Positions 36,101 to 47,900 of a stretch of DNA of 64,000 bases are shown piece after piece. Under the pieces are notes generated by a model. It ran no database searches. It was not told the origin of the DNA and worked only from the letters and a program-made list of their open reading frames with translations. Both the position numbers and the translations under genes were made by a program. Origin of the DNA: Ostrea edulis (lineage: Eukaryota); NCBI RefSeq assembly GCF_947568905.1, contig NC_079169.1:36208001-36272000 (forward strand). The letters run 5' to 3'. Within the stretch, counting starts at the first letter, position 1, and each line of letters opens with the position of its first letter.

Positions 36101-38416
36101 CTATGTGAGCTCATTTGTTGTAATAAACTATCTATACACAGCTTGTCATTACATTCCATATCTGTTCAGTGTGCAATATATTGGCCACATTATCAATGTA
36201 AACAGGATCAAGTGAGTAAAAAATTTTAATTGTCAGTATTTTGAGACTTGAGGTTGATAAAGGTTACACAAATATCACCACAACATAGAAAAATTCACAT
36301 AGCCAGACAAATATGGTTGGAGTATGTATCCTGGACTACTTTTAAACCTATCTGTATTAATGTGCCCATTTAGGGGCGAGATCAAAAGTTCAATGTCTGA
36401 CAAAAAACTAAATTCACATAGTTTTCACCAAGACCCCCCACCCCCCTTGAAAACTAGTTATGATGAATGTTGAAACTAATCTTTGAACAAGTAAAAACAT
36501 ACGAGAATACAAATAACACTCTGTATACCTTTTCTTCTGTTTATTCACAAATGAAAGTGTACATTAAAACTACTAAATGTTCATTAAAATGTAATATTAT
36601 TATGTGGTTTTTAACAGTCACTTATTTTTCTTTCTTTTTTGTTTTTTCCCCAATAAAGTGTAATAGATATCGGATGACAAATGTACGGGAGGTTTTATCC
36701 CCCTCCCCCTTACTATATGAATTCAGATTTTTATCCGACATCGATCTTTTGATCTCGCCCCTTAAGAAACTGTACCCTAACCTCTTACAAGTTCCAATTA
36801 GGTTGGTTAACAAAGAATAAACATGATAAAAGTTAAAACTTCACCTTACACAGTTACAAGATGTATTAAAGGCGAGACAGACAGAAGGATACAACAGGCA
36901 GCCAGATGACACTTGTTTTGAGTGCAAATCATCATAGTGTGCTACATTTTGTTTTCAAGCGAAGTGGAGTGTCATCTCAACTGTTAGTGTGAAATGTCAA
37001 AGTAATAAAATGTGATGATGCAAAACAACTATGATCCTGAAGTGTGTATATCAAAAACAGCTGTTAGGATGGGACTCTGAATATCAAAACAGTTTCATTT
37101 TATGCTTTTTATCAAATAAATTCTCACTAAATTTTCTTGGACATCTGGATTGACAAGGCGTTCAAACTTCAAAGCAGACATCACCAATTTTGAAAGGTTT
37201 TGCTGACAGGATAAAAAGTTTTTTCATTTATATTGGACATCAACTATCTTTAAAGGTTTAACAGAGAGGACAGAAGAAGACAGAGAAGAAGGTTTTCAAC
37301 AACTCTAATGTTGATGTTGGCTGTGCCTTGGTTGACAATGGTTTTCTCATTGTAAAAGTGCTAAGTTACCTTCCATTTTACGCTATCTTATGTTACTTAT
37401 CCTCTCATTGCATACCTAATATATACAATAGCACCATCTTTTTTCTCTCTCTTCCAGCCCAAAGGGACCACAACCTGAGATTTTTCTTCTTTGAAAAGAT
37501 TTTGAGTCTGATCTACTTTAGGATCAGATATCTGTTCTTTAACTTTGTCACTTGCAATTTCAGCATCCCCCACCACAGTTAAATGCTCCGTCACTCTTTC
37601 ACTTGATTTCAAATTCGTACTCTGATCTATGCCTTTCATCAGGTCAGTCGTGTTTTGAGATATAACATCCACTGCAGGTGACAATGGTACCAAAGAGGAA
37701 GTCAAACTCTCACATGTTGAAGAAACAACATTTTCCTCAATTGACTCACAAGATTTCTGTTGAGGATATGCTTTCTGTGGAGTACTTGAGATCACATTGT
37801 AAACATTTGGACTTAACAAACACTCTGGACTGGAAAATGGAGCACAAATGCTTTGATTAATGCTGGGTTTTGGAATATAAGCACTAGTATCTATCATAGC
37901 ACTACTCGGAGTTTGAACTGAATTTGCAGCTGATGACACAGGAACAGCCATACTTGGAATCTGGTGTGATAAGACATGAAATCCACTCGAAATTCTCTCT
38001 TGATTTGTGTTAAACAGTTGTTGAGGCAGATGGGTTTGTTGTTGATTAAAAGAAGGGGTTAAAAAGCAATGTCCAAAACTTGGTAGTGTGTTATTTGAAG
38101 GAACACAAACACTCTGGGCTATGTTGGGGTAAGCAGAGATATTTTGCATTCCTAATCTTGCAATATGTGGAGACTGTTGCCCTTGCATTGTCAGACAGTT
38201 AGAATAAGTGGGCTGACCTATGAACGTTCCCATAGAGGGCAGGACATTCACTGGAGAATTTACAATATCACACTGCACCGATAACCCCTCCACATTAGAG
38301 CCAGAATTACTCATCATCATTGGATTGTAAATCCCTGCACTGGCCAGTGCTGTCTGTTGGCCATACAGCCCTGAATCATGAGGCATAACATTTCGTCCTC
38401 CACCTGAAGGGTCCAT
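27075..38416 (-). CDS. MBD5: Methyl-CpG-binding domain protein 5-like (MBD + PWWP), six coding exons, 1749 aa
   Basis: Exons 38416-37416, 34763-34423, 33494-29970, 29186-29035, 28712-28606 and 27198-27075. All introns are GT-AG, phases agree and the total is 5250 nt. Contains MBD (VPLGWKR...YISPS...[15 protein letters not shown]...FNFD), PWWP (GDLIWGQIRGFPSWPGK) and the MBD5-type tail KMNSNLEAAIKEAL. Confidence 0.93.
27627..28130 (+). mobile_element. hAT-like transposon 5' fragment with decayed TTF-type zinc finger
   Basis: Begins CAGGGTTAAAAATTACC; relic WLDDGEMGMACAVY...SPSYKLDSVVT; no matching right TIR found. Confidence 0.5.
28606..28712 (-). CDS. MBD5: MBD5 exon, PWWP second half
   Basis: IWVKWYGDHTFTQVEQDKLKSLVDGLKAH; cag acceptor, gtaatg donor. 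Confidence 0.9.
29035..29186 (-). CDS. MBD5: MBD5 exon, PWWP first half
   Basis: FIEGDLIWGQIRGFPSWPGKVV; ttttag acceptor, gtatga donor. Confidence 0.92.
29751..29987. repeat. 39-bp tandem repeat (6 copies) spanning an MBD5 splice donor
   Basis: tttaaaatttacagttcattataccttctcgcctagcag units; minus strand reads ...GCTAGGCGAGAAG|GTATAATG. Confidence 0.95.
29970..33494 (-). CDS. MBD5: MBD5 giant exon (3525 nt), low-complexity S/Q/T/N-rich region
   Basis: Uninterrupted frame; ttgcag acceptor and gtataa donor are in phase with the neighbouring exons. Confidence 0.92.
33768..34157. mobile_element. PIF/Harbinger-type MITE
   Basis: GGCCAAAA...tgtttgtttcaggtcgcc / ggcgacctgaaacaaaca...TTTTGGCC, with TTA on both sides. 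Confidence 0.85.
34423..34763 (-). CDS. MBD5: MBD5 exon, MBD C-terminal part
   Basis: [40 protein letters not shown]; tttcag acceptor, gtaagt donor. Confidence 0.93.
36373..36761. mobile_element. PIF/Harbinger-type MITE
   Basis: GGGGCGAGATCAAAAG / CTTTTGATCTCGCCCC, with TTA on both sides. Confidence 0.85.
37416..38416 (-). CDS. MBD5: MBD5 first coding exon
   Basis: MDPSGGG...VPLGWKREKKDGAIVYI(S); donor gtatgc at 37415. The start is taken as the first in-frame ATG after the acceptor at 38482. Confidence 0.85.
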
Positions 38417-38868
38417 TGTAGAAGCACTAGATTCGATTATCCAATACCAAGGCTCAGAAAGTTCTGCATGATGATGGTAAGCTGTAATATTAAAATAATA
38501 CAACCATTACAACTATTATAAAATAATCAATTACAAGATACTCAGTCACTGCCGTTATTAACAGCTGTTACACATTACTTTTGTATAACAACTGGATGAC
38601 CCAATTTCAGAAGTGAAACAGCCTGCGGTTATTTGACAGCAAAATGTAAACGCGGACTTCGTTGAAGACATTCTTAAAGTGCACAAATATTTAGTTTCAA
38701 TGATAATGAAAAGATTCGCATTCCAAAAATATTGTTAGAAGTCGTAAAACTTGTACACGAATCGGCTGAAGAAACCAAAACAACAGACCACGAGACTGTG
38801 CGAGCTGACCCGTACGACAGGTGTCCCAACATCACAACTAACAGCCACAGGGAAATGATGCGACCTAC

Positions 38869-38940
38869 CTCTTTCTAGTGAATCATTCAGTCCTATTCAT
38901 GCATACTGACTTGTACTTCAATATGGTACTCTGACCTGTC
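38869..38940 (-). other. Candidate MBD5 5' UTR exon
   Basis: AG|gtaggt donor at 38868 pairs with the ttacag acceptor at 38482; the upstream boundary is uncertain. Confidence 0.5.
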
Positions 38941-39802
38941 TGTAATAAATGATTGATATCTAAAGTTCTATATTTTTAATCGTTTAAAATTAAAATGGCT
39001 GACTGCAATATTGCGCATGTGTTGACAAATCGTAATGCAATAGTAATATTAATGCGCGGTCGCATTTTAGAGAAAATACAAAAAGTCGTGCATTGGCGCA
39101 ATTTTTTTAAACATTTTTTTTTGTGCATTAATTTGTAAGGATAACTTTCTTGTTCGAAGCAAACTCATTTAGAAATGATCTTAGTTTGCCACTGAAAGAT
39201 GAATATCATAAAAAGATTTGCGGAATTTTTAAAATTCATGTAAAAAACAACATTTCATATATAGATATATATATTACTTACCTGAGTGGCAGGTAAACAT
39301 ACCTAAATCCCATAGTTTTATAATTATAATACCTAACTTAATTCAGAGACATAAAATTTGTTTCATAATATCTCTGCTAAATCGTGTTAAAATATGCATG
39401 CAAAAACTTCCCTATTTTTCTTACATCATTAATAATTCATCATATCTTTAATAAAAACATTTGGGGGGGGGGGGGGGGGGGGGGGGACAGATCGACAAAG
39501 TAAAATGGGCCGAATCGACAACGGGATGGACCATTTTGGGACAGATCAACCATGGGATGGATCGACCTGACATGTATCATATCGATTTTACCAAATTAGT
39601 CTTCTTTTTTTTTTTTGGATAGAAATTTAATGAAATATAAGGAAAGGAGAAAATTTGGCCTAAACTGGAGAAAAAACCCAGGGCCCCTGCATTATATAAT
39701 CAGGTACTCTAACCACTGAGCTACCCATGCTTTTTGCCCTGGCAGGATTTAAAAAAATCCTGCAAGTGGTATGTCAGCAGCACCAAATGTATATATACAT
39801 GT

Positions 39803-40500
39803 ATAAGATAAGATAAGTTTATTCCAATTTTGGGCCCAGAGGGCATAACAGTAAGACAGTTTATAAAGAAGGAAATTCAAAAAAGAAAGAAATTACAACA
39901 TCAACTACAGGTTACATAGACTGCAAACTGCATGTGGATGAATTGCTAATCATGTATATATACAAGTAAATGAACAGTATCAGTATTATACCAATATATG
40001 AATAATAAACTATAATGATTTTTGCAGTTTTAAAGCATCACTTCTTTTTCTGAAAGTCTGCACTTAATATTCACTCAATTTGACAATTACTGGTTTGTCT
40101 TCGTTAATCATCAACCAAGTAAATTTGTCCTTATTTGTTAGATAGGTAAAATTTTTGTTGAGCTTGTATATACCATTAAAAAACATATTTCTCTCTTCAA
40201 CGTAGAGTGGACAATCAGTAAGGAAATGAAATTCATCTTCTACACAATAAAGGTTACATAATTCACATATTCTTTTGTTTCTTTCTAAAGAAATCTTCTG
40301 GCCAGAATTGGTTTTTGTAAATTCATATCTTCCTCTTTCAATTCGAAGGTCATGTGCACTAATTCGAAATCTACATAGAGTTTTTCTTAATTCTAGGGAT
40401 TCTAAAAATATATAACTTTCCATAGTAAAGTTTTCTTTATACGAAAAATATGTTGTGTTTTCCTGATTTCTGACCCTCTTCACGTCGTTTTGACCAGTAA
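39803..40500 (-). mobile_element. LINE 3' end (RTE-X-like by inference)
   Basis: ORF 40064-40483 LCRFRISAHDLRIERGRY...RICELCN...EDEFHFLTDCPLY; (CTTAT)n-like tail near 39803. Confidence 0.8.
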
Positions 40501-41728
40501 AGTAAAAATTCTTTCTGTACCTGATATAGGAAAGGAGAAGAGAAAATTTTGGGAATCAAACCTGGGCCCCTGCATTACTAGTCAGCTGGGATCTTTAAAC
40601 ACTGCACATGCATGGAAGAGTTCTAATGTACTCTCATAATCTAATCAATTATAGCAGCTGGGAGGTGCCAGGTACGTAGTGTATCAATATTAATTTAACG
40701 GGTGGCCATTTATCATCTGATGGCTGCCACTTAAATATTCATCTCGCAGCTGCCATGCAATTACATATAGAGACCACCTCCAAATTCACATATGGCAGCC
40801 AGTGCCACTTAATTTATGATTTTATGATACATGTACTTTTTTAAAAAAAATTGCTCACTTCTTTGCTGGTTACAATTTTAGGCAATGCGAAGTCACATTA
40901 GTAAATTCCTTCTTCTAATAACACAATTTTCTGGTTTATAAAAACATGACACATGCTTACTTAGCGTGTTCAAGTGTTAGGAATTCAATCTTGGCAAAAG
41001 AAGCCTGGTATACTACATTGAAAATAGTATGGACAACTTCTATATATGTACATAATTTTAAATGATCAAGAAAAAATTATGGTTTTCTGAGAAGTATCTG
41101 CAGTAGCTAACTTTATATGTCCACTCCAGCATTAAATATTTATTTTTTTACCTCTAATGTGCTAACAATGCACAACGTACAGTATGCAGACAAATTGAAT
41201 AACATGCTTATATTTACACTAAATTTAGATGTGATTTTTTTCCATGTCATTGCAATATCTCTCTCCATGTTCGTCTGAGTCAGCAATGTATATGTAATAT
41301 TGGTTATATTGTACATGTAATATTGTACATGTAACTGTGATGTCAGTTTGTTGAACAATGTAAATTATTGCCTTATAGAAAACTGCACATTTTCTTCTTT
41401 TCTTTGGTAACAAATTCATGTTGGAATGTAAATAGAGGTACATGTAGATGTGTACCGGTATATTATTCTGAAGTAGCATATGACCAACCATCGGCACGTC
41501 ATAGAACATCAGCTTTAAAAGATTTTGCTCATCATACATGTACACGTATTTTTTTGATGTCATTAAATTCAGGTATTCATACATGCTGATTAATATTTAA
41601 GAAAAAGCTAACCCCAACTGCATCATAAGACAAGCTGCTGATCACTCAAGAATGTAATGAAAACAACACTGTTGAACATATCCCAAAGATTTTAATGAAA
41701 TGACAAAATAACAATAAATCATGGTCTC

Positions 41729-41916
41729 TCAGCGCTTCTTTTTAGATTTCTGAGTTTTGAAGTTTCTGCGAGACTGTTTCTGTTTTTGCCTTTGTTTCTG
41801 AAAAGCCTCTTTTCTGGCTTTTAGTTTTCGCTGTTTGAAGATTTCGTCTGGATGCTTCAGCTCTCGTCTGCTTCCCTTCTGATCATTGTTGTCTTTGTTA
41901 CTGACTTTTGTATGCC
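41729..41916 (-). CDS. DDX54: DDX54 terminal exon
   Basis: WHTK...[15 protein letters not shown]...KKR*; ccacag acceptor. Confidence 0.85.
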
Positions 41917-44900
41917 CTGTGGAGAAATCATGATAGCATTTTCTATTGCATAACAATAACATGAATATAAATTGTGCAATAATATTCTTTGATCTCTGCA
42001 CAATACAGAAAGAAGAGAAGAAGAAAAAGAAATATACAAACAGCAATGAACAGTGTGCAAGTAATTTGTTATATTTTACTGTTTCCATCATGTCTGTAAT
42101 GCTGTTTCCTACTTACAATTCCTTTGTCTGGTTCCCGTGACCTTTAATCTGTAGTCTGGTTCCTTCTTCCTGTTGTCAACTTCTTCCTCTTCATCACCAC
42201 TATCATTGGCTGTAGCCATTTTGTTTCTATTCAGCCAGTCCTTGTAAGTAAATATCAGTTAAGGAGGCCAATTCAACATTTACATTGTATTGCAAAATAA
42301 TCTAAAACAAGAGGTACTGTGAGCAATGCTCACTAAGAATACCCCCCGCTTATCCCAATCTCCCAAAGGGTGTTGGTAATAGGTATAAACTACCTCTTTT
42401 CTGAGTGTAAAAAACAAATGGCATGACAAACCGAACCATATTGCTACTTCGATGTCCAGTGCGCTTGACCTTTGACCTTTTGACCCCAAAATCAATAGGG
42501 AACATCTTCATCCCATGGGTAGTCCATATGTATGATATGGTGACTGTAGGTGGAAAGGATAACGCTTTAGAGCCCGGAAACCATATTGCTACTTCGATGT
42601 CCAGTGCACTTGACCTTTGACCTTTTGACCCCAAAATCGATAGGGAACATCTTCATCCCATGGGTAGTCCATATGTATGATATGGTGACGGTAGGTGGAA
42701 AGGATAATGCTTTAGAGTCCGGAAACCATTGCGTCTACAGACGGACGGACGGACGGACAGACGGACAACCCGATTCCAGTATACCCCCCCCACAACTTGT
42801 TGCGGGGGGTATAAAAATGAACAGTTAAATGCAACACAGAATCACATGAAATCATAACTACTGAAATTGTGACGTTGACTACCTCAGAGGTCACTAGGCT
42901 AAAGTACTCTTTTTACATGTATTCTTAAACAGAAAAATCCCCACAATTTCATTAATTTTAACCTTATATTCAGCCTCACATCTAATCTGTCACTATAAAA
43001 AAATATACTGATAAATCCAAAAATTTCTAAATCATCTAATTGAGTCAAAAAATTCCCTAGCTCATGAGATCTTGATTTATACATGGGATTCTAATCCATG
43101 GGCTATGAATATCAAGCACTGCTTAGAAAATTTGGGATTTCTAGCTTTGACTGAATTTTTACCTCATAATTCATTAAAACCTGTTATCAATATGATTTCA
43201 CAATGCATTCATGACCAAGTATTACAATATCAAAACTCAAAAATATTTGTTTCAAATAAACTTATATTCTTCATAAATATTAATGTATATGAAATGGAAC
43301 TAAAGGTCTGCTTATGTTGATATCCTTACAAATAGATTAGATAGGTCTGCATTAGCAAAGCTTAGACTGAGTTCACGCAATTTAGAAATTGAAAGAGGAA
43401 GACATATTGGAGTTGAGCATAATAATAGTATTTGTAAACTGTGCAATAGTAATAACATACAAAATGAAACTCATTGTGCAAATGTTATGAACAAGAAAGA
43501 GAATCCCTAAACAATAAATTATTAATGTTACATAACTTCGATTATAAGCTGATCAATGATGACAATATTAGGTCAAAGTTATTATTGAATTCCAAGTCCT
43601 ATAGTGTATTTAAATGCCTGTCAAAATTTATTGAAGATGTGTCTAATAAAAGAAATTTCCTTCAAGCAACTGACTCCAATATGTTTACATAATTTATCAT
43701 GAGAAAGTCCTATGACTATTCTTAAATATATGTATTATGACTCCATATACTATTCCTATATACAATGTACTTATTATGGTCCCTTTATCTCATGTACACC
43801 TTATATGCAGTGTAATATATCATAATAATATGATTTTGTCTGGTGCCATATTCATGCATTCAAATCACTGATTGTATTTTGAATATTATTGTTTCTATGG
43901 TATAATCTATAATATGTGCCTTTGTGCTTGTGCAAATAAATAATTGGCATTGTCTAATTTAAGGCCACAACACTCACCAGCTTCTTTTTACAAAGAATAT
44001 ACATATACAGTGGAGCCTCGGTAATCCGTACCCCATTAATCCGGACGCTTCACCTTCCGGACGATTTTTCTAGGGAACGGAATTTTTATACATTATTTTG
44101 CATCATTAATCCGGAAATTTGCGTTCCGGATCCGGACGGTCACTTTTTACTACAAAACGTTATAATGCATTGGAAATTGTACCGTTAATCCGGACGGTAA
44201 TTTTGTTTAGGGAAGGTCTGTGTCGGACAATTTTGGCAAGGCGTAAATTATAAAGAAAACAAGTCACACTGTCTAATTGAAGCGATTACCTGTACCCTGT
44301 CAACACCTCCCTCCAATTAGGTGGTGTGTGATGATAAGTCCGTTATATAGCACGTGCCGATTGAGACATTGTATTGCCAATTTTCGCACATAAGATCGTT
44401 ATTGCGTGTAGTATTGAATTTTGTAAATAAATCTGTAGCATATTATTTTATAGTCTTGATCAATAGCCTAATAGTATTAATAAATTAAACATCATGCCGT
44501 AATGATAATTTTTTTAAACTGCTACACATGTCAGTTATACTGATTCGTAAATTGATATCGGCTTATTCAAATCTAAAGAGTGTAGATTATACTTCTAGAT
44601 TCTGGATTTTATACTGTTGATTGGCGTGAAATATACATGTATGTTCATGCACATGTATATGTAGTATAAGGTTTTAACGTTTAGAATGTCACGCATGTAG
44701 AATGTACCTGTGTACGATTGATTCTTGTTACGATGTTGTAGAGCTTTATTGCTTTCAAATTTTTAAACTCTGGGTAGAAGTGAGAAAATTACCATTTTAA
44801 GAAAAATGACAATTAAATTCTGTATGTACCTGTAATGTTAGTTTCACCCGAGTTTTGTTCCGTTATTATCGCATCATGAAAATAATAGGTGCGCGTGACT

Positions 44901-47900
44901 AGATCAAAGCAGTAGTAGGTCTTGATATTACGAGCTTAAATGATTTTTTTCTCCCGATATTGTCTTGGATAATTATAGAATAAGAAATATAAACTCTGGC
45001 AGATTGAATTTTGGTTAAAGAATGTTGTCAACTGACATGATAATCACGGAATTCTTATATCAACTTTGGACGATGAAGAGTGTTTTAACAGACCGCCGAA
45101 CCCGTGAATCGTGACAGATGGAAATTACTGGCCTCTTTAAGAAGTAAAAGTGTGATGAAATGTTTGAAGTGTAAATGATTATGTTAGTTACTAATGATTT
45201 ATTTACTTATAGTTACATAAAGTGCTTCATTATTTGTTTTAGTGCATACGGTACACAGTTTTCTATATTCATTTGTAAGGTTCATATATACGTACAATGT
45301 AAGCACAGGCAAATACACTGAACACGTACATTAACTTTTAGTGCTTTGAAATGCATGTAAATGTTAACATTATCATAATTTTTTTACTAATGCAAATGGT
45401 CAAATCCAATGATAGAATGTGTTTAATTCACTATGCATCAATAAAGTAGGCACATAAGTATTGGTTACTTATGTAAAGATAGAAAATATGCGATTCAATT
45501 ATCCGGACGCTTCATTTATCCGGACGATTTTGCTGGGAACCAAAGTGTCCGGATTAACGAGGCTCCACTGTATTTCAAAAGCTCATTTGAGGTGCATACG
45601 GTTTTCTACAGAATTTCTAACACTTAAAGGGACATGACCATGATTTTTGATTGAGTGCAAATGACAATTTTTTTTGGTTATAGAAATAAAGGTCTTTTAA
45701 TTATAAATCAGTGGATTAAATTTTTTTTTTTTTTTTTTACACAGGATACAATTTGTATTTACATAAAATCCAGCTCCCTAAATCATATTTGCAAACACCA
45801 TGTTAATCTATATCTAGAGTGAGAACACCAACATGATTTCTAAAAACTATGTAAATATTGCATGCAGTATTTAGACATATGTTATTGCTAAATCGATTTA
45901 GGGAGCAAGCAAAAAGAAGCAAGAATGGAAAATCTTCGTCGTAAAAGCTTTTTTCTCTGCAGCCATCAACTTTAGAGCCATGTTAATAGCTGTAAACATA
46001 AATATGACTTGTGGCTTGTTTTAAAAATGAAAAGTTTAGATGTCTCAAATACATCTTTACATCAGTTTTTGAAATTTAGGTTTTTTGCCATTTTACACAA
46101 CTCAAATACTACCAAATTACTGTTAATATCCAAGTATTTTTTCACCAAATATCGTGTCCATGCCCCTTTAATATTTTTGGAACAAATTTGACTAATGTTT
46201 CCAGTTTGGAAATCTTGGCATAAACTGTGATAAAAATGTATGTGCACAAAGTTGAAGGATATGCACGAGATTTATAGGAGGCTGATATCAATGCCCCACT
46301 CTCGGTTCTGATCTTTTTCTTGTTGGCTGCCTGTTCAATAGTGCTGACAAATTTCTTCTTCTTTCTGTCCCTATGAAAATATAAACAAAAATACATGTGT
46401 ATCAATCCTATCAATGATTTATAATAGTGAGCACAGCAAGGAGCCCTGGATTGAACACTTAAGGAGGTACTCTACATCGTCATAATGGCTGACTTCCTTT
46501 TAAAACATGAATATCAGCAATATTTGTCTATCCATTTCAAATAACATTGCCTAGCTGAGTAGGTTAGTATGTCGACCAAAATAAAAGAACAAAAAAGCAT
46601 GTCAACTGCTGAACTGTAGATTGTGGGTTTGAAGCCAGCAGAGGTTTTTTAAATTTTTTATCAGGTTGCTTTCTACTAAAACTGCATTTTTTGCATAAAT
46701 AAAGTGAATTTGAAAGTTTTCAATTTCAAATATTGTTGTACATATCCTCCTCCTTTCATCCATATCAAATTTCTCTGGTGTAGCACTCCTTCTTAAAGAC
46801 CAGGACAGAGAAAATTTTACTAATACATATTCAAAGAATTTTTGATGTCGAGAAAAATCTCCCATATTTCTAACAACCATTCTTTTTCATCTCACAAAAT
46901 CAAATGTTGTTGGCCCATGAATTTTCATGGATTACCTCAATTCTGACCTATGCCTTATGATTCAGTGTGCCTTACTGATTGAGAATGAGTAGGCCTATAA
47001 ATGTATAATAAAATGTAATATTTATAGGTTATAAACTTTGTATGGGAAAATATGATGACCGAGTTTTTTGGCGCGTAGACGGACCGAGCTTGCGAGGTCT
47101 GTCCGCGACAAAAAACGAGGTCGTCATATTTCCCATACAAAGTCTATAACCTTTTTATTATATACTTTCAATTTCATTTAGAAACTAACTATAATTTTAT
47201 TTTTAACAATAACTTTATCGGTTTAACTGAGTAAAAATGAAAAATTTGAAAATTAACGGCGTAGAAATTTGATTGTGACGTAACGTTTGCAGGTCGGAAT
47301 GTTTCCGGGCATATATCGTTTGATATATGCCCGCAAACTTTTAAAGAAAAAAGAAGAGATGAAATTGAAAGTATATAATAAACTATAATTATACATGTAG
47401 CTAGGACAATGGATAACAAGTCACAGCCTATGCTTTGATGTCACAATGCAAATGATGAACTGGAGGATTTAATTGAGGAGATTCTGTTTTCTGCAACAGA
47501 GAATACAAACCTCTGGATTTTCCTCATCTAAAAAGAGCAACTGCTCACATTGTGTTTCATGTTTCAGCTCTTTGGTATGCCTGGTGATGGAAACCCTTTC
47601 ATTCCCTTAGGGTTAATTTTAGCATGCACACACAAAATGGAAATCAACTATGTCAATTTACTTACTATGACAGAGATATATTGTACTTACATCTTTGAAA
47701 ACATGTAACTGTAATGATCTTGATATCAAAGGACTCATGATCAGCTTAATTAATGATAGGCTTCTGAATGGGTCTCAATAGAGGTCATGTCAAGTGCAGT
47801 TGTAAAATATTTAGTGTTATTATATACCCAACAATGTATCGTTCTTTGATACTGTGGATTTCACAGCGTGTGATCTGGTTTAATTCCGGATCAACGCAAC

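Larger units (their letters stand above)
42248..46262 (-). other. U12-type (minor spliceosome) AT-AC intron, 4015 nt
   Basis: 5' splice site ATATCCTTC at 46262; branch site TCCTTAAC at 42265-42258; AC acceptor at 42249-42248; joins SYKSRA|YKDW in frame. Confidence 0.93.

Noticed and set aside
39463-39487. Long poly-G runs (also ~52026-52050 and ~56515-56542) as G-quadruplexes
   Set aside because: Homopolymer tracts within TE remnants; their lengths are unreliable and there is no functional evidence.
39640-39735. tRNA-like sequence on the minus strand (ggtagctcagtggttagagtacctga...), similar at ~40540-40600
   Set aside because: No intact T-arm or acceptor stem; best treated as degenerate SINE heads.
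42350-42828. ORFs of 65-143 aa here and at 56134-56569
   Set aside because: They fall in HINE tandem units and show no protein signature.
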